DNA of 20,000 nucleotides from Chrysochromulina tobinii (GCA_001275005.1 JWZX01003364.1:52212-72211), one strand, 5' to 3'; positions 8,310 to 17,703 are shown, counted from the stretch's first letter. Notes: generated by a model from the sequence alone, not told the origin. Numbers and translations: made by a program.

Positions 8310-11217
8310 TCAGACGAAGCACGGGCGCACGTGCACACGCATCCACGCATTGCCGCTCTTCTGGTCAAACTCATGCATCGAGAGCTCCTTACGCGCAATC
8401 GAGCGGGATCGCGCCGTACTGAACTCCTTGGTCTTGTCGGCCGTCGCCGCCGCTGCCGCCGCCGCCGCCGCCTTCGGATCCGCCGCCGCCGCCGCCTTCG
8501 GATCCGCGGGCTTCCAATTCGGATCCGCGGCCCGCATCATGGACTCGAATGCAAACTTGTTCTCCCCCGCAGGCAGCGCGATCGTGTACTGCTGCCGGCG
8601 CGTATGGTACTCATGGACCGTGCCAAGGGTTTCCTCTCCATTCGAGCGTTGCACGTAGACCTTGGTCCCGTTGGAGAACTTGGGGCCGGCGATGTTGGAG
8701 AGGGGCGCGGGGCGCACGATGAGCATTGTGTTGGGCGGGAAAAGCACCTCGTCCTCGTGTTCAAATTGGGAGAGCATCGAGATGTCCGCCCCACAATGGT
8801 ACGCGTCATCACTCGGATCGCTCGCGGCAAGTTCCCACAGCACGTTGAACTCGCCCTGCATGTAGCTAATCGGCGTGCGCTCGTTCCTCGAGGTGGACAT
8901 GAAGCCGTTATCCACTGCTGAGATCATGCCGAGACCATCCTTATCCCAAAACGCCGGGGGGAGCTCGCCCCGAACGCCTCGGTAGAGCCGCTGGACGCCC
9001 TGATGATAGAGGTACTCAGAGAGACACTCAGAGAGACACTCAGGGTGACACTCAGAGAGGTTCAGAGGTGCACTCAGGCACAGCTGATCAAGGACGTGGT
9101 GCATGTGCTCACCTTGTCACGTGTCACGTCGGCGAGCTTCCGGATGGCACGGCACAGGTGGCGCGTCGTCGCGGCGAACGTGAGCTCGGGGTGGCGTGCC
9201 ATGTGGTGACGAAACTCGCCCGTGAGCTTGCCGATCTCGCGCAGGAAGGCGTTGATTGGCTGGAAGGCGGGTCCGCTGTACAGGCGCACCGCGTGGACCT
9301 CGTCGAGGGTGAGCAGCGCGTCCCCTTCGCTCAAGAGCAAAAGCTCCGGATCGAAGCCCAGCGCCTTGCTCTCATCATCATGGCGCCGAAGGATGATCTT
9401 CGCGCGCATCTGCTTGATGTGCAGGTTGGCGCGAGCTTTGAAGTCGTTTGGCGTCATGCCATCGTTGTTCTTGTCACGCACGCCCTGATGCGCATCCTCC
9501 TTCCGCCTGGCGACGCCCGTCACGTACTTCCACAGGGCGGCAAGGTCATGGACCTCCCCACGCCAGTCGGTAAAGCTCTGCTGAGGCCGATTGAACTCCT
9601 GCTCCATCGTTAAGATTGGGTTCTCGAGGACTGGCAAGATGATGGAGAAGGGAGGGGAGAGAAGGGGGAAGGGAGAGGACGCGATGAGGGGGGCGGACGC
9701 GATGAGGGGGGCGGACGCGATGAGGGGGGCGGACGCGATGAGGGCATTCATCAGGCTCCCCACAGACGCAAAAGCGAGCAGCGGGTAGAGGGAATGGTAG
9801 GGGTTGGGGAACGGGGTACACGCGACGGGGTTCGAGCCGCCGTCCTCGCACTGTCATCGAGACCATTAATGTACGTCTCGCGCGAGCCATAGACCAGAGT
9901 GTTCACAGCGCCGCTCATCTTACCGGTGAGAAAGGTACGGCCCCCATCGCCCACCTCGGTTGGCCTCTTGAAGGTGCAACTGACGACGAAAAGGCGACAG
10001 TTGGGCTTCACCAGCCCGAGCACGAGCGCCCTTTCCGCCTCCGCCGAATCCCGCCGACAATCTGCACTCGTCTTGGCCTGGGCTCCCGCCTTGGGCTTCG
10101 CCTTACGGTCGGTCTTGGCCGCGCTCACGACCGGGGAGGTCGGGGAGATCGGCATGGACATGCCCTCGACCTCCCATGTGCCCGGCTCCTCTACCCGCTT
10201 CAGTCGGAAGAGAGTGTTCGCGGGCAGCGCGCCGTTGTGCTCGTCGATCATGACGCACTGATGCATCAGCTCCTCCTCATTCTCCGCCCCTTCAAAGCAG
10301 ACGATGTCCCCCCCCTCGTTCAGCTGGTAGATGCCCTCGCCGTCCACCGAGGTCGCATTTCGGAAGCCCAGCGTGGTAAACGCCCGAGGCTCGTCCGTTG
10401 CGATGCACAGCGCGGTTGAGGTCAGGCCGCGGAATCCAGTCCGGTCAGGCACATTGAGCCCCGCCCACGCACCGTCTGCCTCCGTGAGCGAATTCGGGCC
10501 GGTCAAGTGCTTGTACAAACGGCGAGGCGCACCGGCCACCGCCGCGGCCTTCCCCTTCAGCTTCGCCGCGTCGTCTAAACGTTGCGCTTGCTGATTCAGC
10601 GCGGTTTGGAAGAGCGCCTCGGCCATCGCATAGTTGCAGCCTGGGAAGCGCACCTCCGTGGTGGAGCGGTCGAGATCCGCACTGAGCCCCGAGCGGAGGG
10701 GAAAGAGGAGCGTGTATGACTCCGCGTGCTCGCGGTGCCACCCTCTAGCCACGAGGCGCTCGATGTTGGCTTGCTGGATCTTCATCTCGTGCGGCAGGTC
10801 GATCTCGTTATTTAGACAGTAATCCGCACCCTCGCTGGTTTGCAGGAAGCTGCGCAGCTCAGTGTGCGTGCCTTCAAAGTGGCGCGGCTCGCCCTGCTGC
10901 TCTCGATCGTTGTCAAGGCAGACGATCGAGAGAGCCTCGTATTCCTCCCGCCAGGGCAGGCGGCCGTCCGCGTCGTTGGCCGGCCGCGGTCCGATCAGCT
11001 CTGCCAGTGTGCGCAGGAAGCCTGCGCGCGTGCTCGCCTTCTTCTCGTCCAAACGGATCGCGTGTGTCTTCAAGGCATGGGAGAAACTGATCAAGCTTCC
11101 GCCGCGCGGAGGACTAGCCTCTGTTGGAGCGCGGGAGCCGCTGTTGGAGTCATTGGAACGTTGCGAAGGTTGCACAAAATAAGTGGCGAAGGAATCCCAC
11201 ATGGTGTGGTCGCTCAT
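8310..11217 (-). CDS. Mono-ADP-ribosyltransferase (R-S-E/ARTC-type) with an N-terminal degenerate second ART domain, 3 exons, ~857 aa
   Basis: complement(join(8310..8999,9113..9630,9852..11217)); GT-AG introns 9631-9851 and 9000-9112 keep frame. Motifs AVRLYSGPAFQPINAFLR, LYRG, GFMSTS, ADISMLSQFEHEDEVLFPPNT. The start codon (MSDHTMW) is uncertain. Confidence 0.85.
9014..9060. repeat. Intronic 12-bp tandem repeat (ACTCAGAGAGAC-like)
   Basis: About 4 imperfect copies within ART intron 2. Confidence 0.8.
9678..9743. repeat. Intronic 18-bp tandem repeat (GACGCGATGAGGGGGGCG)
   Basis: About 3.6 copies within ART intron 1. Confidence 0.85.
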
Positions 11218-11532
11218 GAACAGGGCAAGAGCAGTCACTGCAAGCAAGAGCTAAATGTCGTCCACTCGAGTCTGCACAGATCGAATCGAAGCGATTTGGG
11301 CTTTTACCGTTTTGCGTGAGGATCGAGGTGCAAACTTGAGTTCCGTCAAAACTTTCACGATTCGATCAATGGCGGTCATGCACAGAGGAGAATAATTCTC
11401 GGAAAACATTTCTCTACTTATACTTGCGATACGCAACTCTTCACGAACTGCATTCACGAACGTGCGCCCTGGAGGCGTCCACCTCACACGTGCAAAGACG
11501 AACTCTCATCACCCGTTACATTTGTTGTGTGA

Positions 11533-11596
11533 GAAGTTGAAGTTGAAGTTGAAGTTGAAGTTCAAGTTGAAGTTGAAGTTCAAGTTCAAGTTCAAG
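11533..11596. repeat. (AAGTTG/AAGTTC)n hexamer microsatellite; possible retroposon tail on the - strand
   Basis: About 10.5 tandem units seen directly; the tail interpretation is inference. Confidence 0.9.
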
Positions 11597-11789
11597 ACTT
11601 GCTTTCGCACGCGAGCGAGATCCCTCTGGCGACGTGGCGACGAGCGCGGGAGGAGCCCCAATGAGGAGCCCGCAAGATCAGCGAGCTGCTGCGAGCGCAG
11701 TCCGCAGAAAGGCAGCAAGAATGACAGCGCTGCCAACACTGTGAGCTCTACCCCAATCCAAAAGGCCGCTCAACCTGCTCGAAACGGCA

Positions 11790-12003
11790 CTCAGAATGCA
11801 ACCGTCTCGCATCGTAAGAATGCAGCAGCTCAAAGTGGTTGTAAAATGCGTTCGAATGCAACCGATTTGTAGAATGCAGCATGTCTGAATGCATGGAAAA
11901 AACAATGGAATGCATATGAATGCAAAAGCATGCATATGAATGCACATGAATGCGTATGGGAAGAAACTACACCACTTTTGGGAAAAAACTACACCACACC
12001 CTG
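11790..12003 (-). mobile_element. Putative DNA-transposon terminus with subterminal repeats
   Basis: About 9 GAATGC motifs (11794-11953) and two AAACTACACCAC copies, ending in CCCTG (reads CAGGGTGTGG... on - strand; CAGGG starts are typical of hAT TIRs). Abuts a truncated AP2 repeat. No partner TIR or transposase seen. Confidence 0.45.
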
Positions 12004-12004
12004 G

Positions 12005-13268
12005 CTCGAAGATGAACACAACCGGCTACAAGGGCGTGAGCGGCGATGGAGGAGGAGGCGGCCGCATCGGTGGAGGTGGCGGAGGCAGCGGAGGAGCTGG
12101 AGTTGGAGGAGGCGGAGGAGGAGGAGGTCTCGGAGGAGGTGGCGGCGGAGCAGATAGGGCAGGTGCACAGGTTGTGCATCCCCTCGTCTTGGTGCGCTTT
12201 GGTTCTGGCTACCTGGTGGTCCAGATTGGCCGCAGACGCGACGAGGTCATCTGCCTCCTCATCTTCTGCCTCGCCCTCTTCTTTCCGATATTCGCATGCC
12301 ACCTCCAGGACGACAAGAGTAGGCTGCAAATTACACGCTTTTTGAAACTCTGCAGATCTGGGAGACAGAAAGGGGACACCTCGCGACGGCGGCGCACAAC
12401 CACCGAGGACAACTTCACAGTGGAGCAAGCCGAGGCAACTGCCGAACGTGAGGGACTAGTCCTCGTACCCTCGAAGATGAACACAACCGGCTACAAGGGC
12501 GTGAGCGCCAAGGGCATGTATTACTCAGCAACAGGCAAGAGGGGCAATGGTCAGATCACCTACATTGGTTTATATACAACACCTCACGTGGCTGCGTTGA
12601 ACTACGCAAGGCACGTTGGAGCCGAGCAAGCAGCCGCAGAGAAGGTGGCCGAGGAGGCAGCGAGAAAGGTTGCCAAGGCGGCAGCGGCAACATTTGAGGA
12701 AGCCTAGGCAATTGCCGAATCTGAGGGACTAGTCATTGTACCCTCAAAGGCGACCTCGACACCGAGAACGAGATCCACATGGACCGTCTCGAAGGAGTTC
12801 TCGCTCGCGCCAAGCTTCCCGCCGTCTTCGTCGCGGATTTCAAGTTGATGCTCTCGTTCTCGGCGTTCATCGAAGAAGTTGGCGGGGCCGGAGGTGCGTC
12901 GACGTCTCCCACGTCGACGCTCGAGCTTGAGCTGAAGCCCAGACCTTCCATCGAGGGTGCGTACAGCGGCAACGACCAAAAGTCGAAGGATTGGTATGAC
13001 CTTCTTCGTCATGCTGGTGGTGAACATGCAGTTGTCAAGGACCTTGAGCAGGTGCCGAAGGAGGTGGTCAACAACCCGGAGTCCCTGTTAATCTGGCTTG
13101 AACGCAACCGGCTACAAGGGCGTGTCAAAGTCATACACAATGACGTCATTAGCTGGTCCCCGCCTCAGCGAATACCAGGCAAAAGGCAAGAGGGGCACTG
13201 ATAAGATGATCAATATTGGAAATTATACAACATCTCACGAGGCTGCATTGAACTACGCAAGGCAATGA
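12005..13268 (+). pseudogene. Disrupted multi-AP2/ERF-like repeat gene
   Basis: Three repeats of AExEGLVLVPSKxNxTGYKGVS...IGxYTTxHxAALNYAR. Repeat 1 is a 38-bp remnant (12005-12042, identical to 12470-12507). Repeat 2 is intact (~12418-12620). Repeat 3 has an in-frame TAG (12705-12707) and is split by a 348-bp insert (12750-13097), resuming LNATGYKGVS...AALNYARQ* to 13268. Confidence 0.75.
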
Positions 13269-13515
13269 AGGACTTCAAGACCGAGGAACGCAGGGAAGGG
13301 CCGCGGCCGGGAAGCGTGTGCATCAGCATGACATCAACACGCTCCTGGGCAGCCCGGCTACCAATCCCGCACCTACGCACAAGTCCCCCCTTCCCCCCTC
13401 CCCCCCCTTGCATGCAGCGTCGCGTTTGCAAGCGTCGTCTCGGCTTCTTGTCGCGACGCGAAGCGCTCGCAGAGCACGGGTGTTGTCGAGGCTTCGATCG
13501 CCTTCGGCAAGAAAG

Positions 13516-15844
13516 ATGCTCTGGCTCAGCCTGGCGCTCTCCGCCGCCGGCTGGATTCCAGCGTACATGCCAGCTGGCATGCACGCCGGCCCGTGCGTGG
13601 TGCGCGCGACATCGCGAGGTCGCTTGGCTGTGATTGAGTCCAACGCTGTCACGTCGTACGTCGGCACCAAATACACCGGCGTGGTGGTGCCGACTGCCAT
13701 CGCTCGGGGAACCGTGTCCAAGGCGTCGTCCGCTTTGACGGTGTCGGGCGACGCCATGGAGGACCTGTGGGAAAGGAGCCGCGGCCGGCCGCTACGCCGC
13801 TCGCTCGCGCTCTGGCGCTTCTCAATGGTCGCCACCTGGAAAATCATCCGGGCGCAGCTCGACAAGGACGATAAGAAGAAGCTCGAGAAGCAGGCGATTG
13901 TGGCGCGATGGTTGACGGGCGAGCTGCTGCGGCTCGGGCCAACGATGATCAAGCTCGGTCAGGTGGCCTCGGCTCGCACCGACTTGCTCCCGCCCGTGTA
14001 CATCGACGAGCTCGTCGCACTCCAGGACTCGGTGCCGACCATCTCCGCGGACCGTGTCAAGTCTATCGTGGGGGCTGAACTGGGCCAGCCGTTGGATGCG
14101 GTGTTCTCGAGCTTCGAGCTCGAGCCAATCGCGGGCGCGTCGCTCGGGCAGGTGCACCGAGCCACCCTCGGCGACCAACCCGTCGCAGTCAAGGTTCAGC
14201 GGCGCAACCTGCGTGAGCTCTTCGACACGGACTTTTTCAACATCCGTCTGATGGCGCGTGTGGGCAACTTCTTTGAAAAGGTGACGACCTTGGATGGCTT
14301 GTGATTGGGCCTGTGATTCATTTGGATGGCTTTCTTCGATCACCGATCGCCTCCACTTGCCGCCCCGTGTCCATCATCTAAAGGCAATCGTGTGTTCTCC
14401 CTTGATCTACCTTGATCTACCTTGATCTACCTTGATCTACCTTGATCTACATTGATCTCTCTGTTCCTGATCTCCTTGAGCAGCGGTCCCAACGCAAGGC
14501 AGGCGCGACGGCGCGCGACTGGCTGCAATACACCGACGACGCGGCTCGACTGCTGTACCTCGAGATTGACTATCTGAACGAGGCGAAGAATGCGCGCATG
14601 TTTGCGACCAGCTTGCCGAAGGGATTGGATGTAGTCGTGCCAAAGGTCTTCGACAATGCGACCACGGCGCGAATGCTCACCATGGAATACGTGCAGGTGC
14701 CCCTGAGCCGGCCTCGGAGATTGCCTCTGATTGCGCCTCTGATCGTGCCTCCAATTGCCTCTGATGGATGCTCGTGATTGACATGCAGTCGATGAAGCTG
14801 ACGGACACGGAGAAGCTCAAGGCCAGTGGACTCGACGGGCCGACCCTTGCCAAACAGGTCGTCGACATCTTCTTGACGCAACTACTGCGCTCAGGGGTGC
14901 TGCACTGCGACCCGCACCCAGGCAACATGTGCGTCGATGCCAAAGGACGACTCGTCTTCTATGATTTCGGGATGGTCGACACTCTGGAGCCCAAGGTGCA
15001 GCAGGGCCTGCGGAATGCGGCCTTTGCCCTCTTTGGCGGCTCTGCCAGCCCCTCAACGGCCGAGTTGCGAGAGGCAGCCTCGCAGCTCGTGGAGGGGCTG
15101 CTCGATATGGGATTCGTCGATAAGGCGACCGACCGCATGGCGCTCCAAAAAGTAGGCGCCTTCGTTGTCAAGAACTTTAAGGACTCGGCAGCGGGGCGGG
15201 CGACCGAGGATGTGACCGAGAAAGTGGGCGCCGAGCTGCAGGGCATGGTCGATGACGGCGTCATCAAGTTCCCGTCGATCTTCACCTTTGTTGGGCGCGC
15301 CTTCGCGTCTGTCGACGGCATCGGGAGAGGCCTCGATCCCAAGTACGTCTCTCCCTCTGATGGCCTCTGAGTGCATGCCGATGGCCTTCCTCATCAGGTA
15401 CGACTAGGAGCTGACTGCCTCTTGAATCCCCCCTGATGACCTCTGATGGCGTCCCTCATCAGGTACGACTTCCGCAAGATGGTCGAACCGTACGTGGGCC
15501 AGATCATCACCGAAAAGTACCAGCTGCAGGCCAAGGCGCAGCGCCAGGCCCTATTTGATGGCATCAAGGCGGTGGTCGAGGCTCCTAGTCGCGTCGCGTA
15601 TGTGGAGGAGACGATGCGCGCGCTCGCGGCGGGCGAGCTCACGACGAGATCGAGATCGGTCGAGGTCGAGCGCGGCATCAAGTCGCTCGAGAAGCGCCTT
15701 GAGTCGCTGCAGGGGCTGCTGATCGCGTCCACGCTACTCAATCTCGCTCTCGGAGCTACGGCGGGTCCGCTGGCCTCGGGGCCGGTGCGCAAGCTCGCTT
15801 TCCTCGCCGCCGGCGTCCTCGGCCTCAAGGCGCTCCAAAAATAG
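13516..15844 (+). CDS. ABC1/UbiB atypical protein kinase, probably plastid-targeted, 4 exons, ~637 aa
   Basis: join(13516..14280,14484..14696,14789..15342,15463..15844), all introns GT-AG and frame-preserving (acceptor 1 is GAGCAG, so exon 2 may start at 14481). Motifs LGPTMIKLGQ, ARTDLLP, LQDSVP, PIAGASLGQVHRA, VAVKVQR, EIDYLNEA, LTMEY, HCDPHPGN, YDFGM. N-terminus is signal-peptide-like. Confidence 0.93.
14401..14458. repeat. Intronic 10-bp tandem repeat (CTTGATCTAC)n
   Basis: 5 perfect copies plus one partial copy in ABC1 intron 1. Confidence 0.9.
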
Positions 15845-15973
15845 ATCCGCTTTGGAGCGCCTCCAACTGTGCCTCAAGGCGGTCCCAAAAGAGCTCCAAA
15901 AGGTTGAGATCGCGCGGAGGCGGTCCAAAAAGAGCTCCAAAAGGTGTTACGCAAGGTTGAGATCGCGCGGAGG
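15823..15973. repeat. Hairpin over the ABC1 stop codon plus local 3' duplications
   Basis: AGGCGCTCCAAA (15828-15839) is the perfect reverse complement of TTTGGAGCGCCT (15851-15862). Downstream are two copies each of AAAAGAGCTCCAAAAGGT and AAGGTTGAGATCGCGCGGAGG. Confidence 0.8.
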
Positions 15974-16494
15974 AGGAAGAGTGGAACATGTTCGTCCACG
16001 CTTCACTCACGCCATGCGCCGCGGCCTCGTCCCTCGCGTGGTGAGAGGTCATGAGCGAGCGCCGCCACGAGCACGCTTGGGCGTCGTCGTGGGCGGGTCG
16101 GGGGAGAGCGTACCGGCAGTCGATACCGGTAGGCCCTGCTACTCCTGGCTGGTGCTTTCTCTCTGTGTGTTATGGGGAACGATGTAGGGGAGATGCGCAT
16201 CATCATGGTGCATGGCATGTTCTTGACTCTTCGTGGCGTGGCCGGCTTGTCGCACGACGGTCGGACGGCGATAATGCGACGTGCCGACGGTCTCCGTCTC
16301 TCGTCTCAGAGGCGACGCGCGAGGGCCCGACGCGAGGCGCAGCCGGCGGTCCACGTAGCCGCGCGGCGCGTTCGTTTGGGTGTGGTGTTACTGTTAGGTA
16401 GTCGTGTTCGTGGAACGAGTTTATGCATAAGGCCATGACTAGTGGCTTACGTGACTATTGTGGATCCACGATCGACCGACAGCGAGGCCGAGGT

Positions 16495-17271
16495 TCAATC
16501 CGAGAGGCCAAAGGGCAGGTAGATTTCGTAGTAGCCCACCTTGGCTGGAGCTGAGAAGGGCTCGGTGGCCTTGAACTTGGCCCAATCAGCATAATGGGGC
16601 GTCTGAGAATGCTGGGCGAAGCCCTCGCGCCCGCCAGCATACGCCTCGAACATGTGGAAGACGTTCGGCCTCTCGGTGTCCTCGCCGAAGAGATACGAGA
16701 CGGCGAGCGGCTCCGAGGTCAGCGCGCCCCGTTGGTCCGAGCGGAGGGCGTTGAGGAAGGCCTCGCGAGAGTCGGGCTTGACGGACAGTTGGACGTCCAG
16801 ACAGAAGAGTTTGGTGAAGTCACCCACCGTCAGGACCTCACGCACCGCCTCGGCGCCCGTGCACACGCTCGTCGCAGAGTCCTCCACGAAAAACTTCACC
16901 TCGGGAGGGGCGGTGAATGGCTCAGTCGCTGCAAACGTCTCCCAATCCGCAAAGTGTGGCGTCTTGCGGTGCGCTTCAAAGCCTTCACGTCCAAGATACT
17001 GCTCAAAGAAACGCCACGTGTTTGATTCCTTCTCGTCCTCGCCGTAGACGTACGTGACGGCGAGCGGCTCACTAGTCAAGGTGCCTTCCTGGTTGGCGCG
17101 AATGCATCTGAGGAACTCGTCTCGACGCTCGGGTTTGACTCGGAGGCAGACGTTGAGGCAGAAGAGCGGCGTGCTCGGACGCTCGAGGAGGTTCATATTC
17201 GCTTGCACGCCTCCGAGTACGAGCGCTTGGCACGCATTGAGCACAAAGACGAGGACGTGCAGGGTTCGCAT
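16495..17271 (-). CDS. Tandem ABM (antibiotic biosynthesis monooxygenase/LsrG/YgiN-like) domain protein with signal peptide, 258 aa
   Basis: Two internal repeats, LFCLNVCLRVKPERRDEFL...SEPLAV.Y.YGED...FFEQY...GFEAHRKTPHFADW and LFCLDVQLSVKPDSREAFL...SEPLAVSYLFGED...MFEAY...GFAQHSQTPHYADW. Hydrophobic N-terminus; no intron needed. Confidence 0.9.
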   Translation of the reverse strand: MRTLHVLVFVLNACQALVLGGVQANMNLLERPSTPLFCLNVCLRVKPERRDEFLRCIRANQEGTLTSEPLAVTYVYGEDEKESNTWRFFEQYLGREGFEAHRKTPHFADWETFAATEPFTAPPEVKFFVEDSATSVCTGAEAVREVLTVGDFTKLFCLDVQLSVKPDSREAFLNALRSDQRGALTSEPLAVSYLFGEDTERPNVFHMFEAYAGGREGFAQHSQTPHYADWAKFKATEPFSAPAKVGYYEIYLPFGLSD

Positions 17272-17703
17272 GTTGGTTGTGGTCGAGTGTGAACGTTAAC
17301 ACGACAGACGCGACAACCTTTTATGCTGAAATGGTTTATGACATGTGCAAAAATACCGATGAAGCTAAAATTGAGTTACTTAAACAGAAAATAGGTCTTG
17401 TTGGTTTCGATTTTCGACATTCGAGCCCGGGGGTCGGTGATCGTATCTCGCGTCCGCGCGCGCGGCGTTGAGCAGCCGTCAGGAGCGCTCTTGACGCCTC
17501 GTCCGTTCTTTTTGTCGGATCATTTAAAAAAGCTGTAGAGTGCTGAAGATGTGTAGTGCGCGCCGGGCGGCGCCAGTCCCCTTGGGCCCTTGCATGCAAG
17601 AGCTCACCACAGCGCGATAGCGCCAGGTCCCCCACGCTCCAATGAGCATCCGCCGAGATCGCACCGAGTTCGCTGCCCGCCGCCCAGCTCTGAAGCACGA
17701 GGC

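Noticed and set aside
7588..8346. Overlapping Arg/Ala/Pro-rich ORFs between the transporter and ART genes
   Set aside because: No recognisable motifs; typical spurious ORFs of GC-rich UTR/promoter DNA.
11940..12707. 255-aa ORF as an intact gene
   Set aside because: It starts inside the putative transposon end, crosses an inverted insert, and AP2 homology continues past its stop.
12750..13097. GC-AG intron in the AP2 gene
   Set aside because: It starts AAG|GC, but the point where AP2 homology resumes is preceded by TGGC, not AG, and an upstream in-frame TAG remains.
15852..16438. Short ORFs between the convergent ABC1 and ABM genes
   Set aside because: No family signal; better explained as 3' UTRs.
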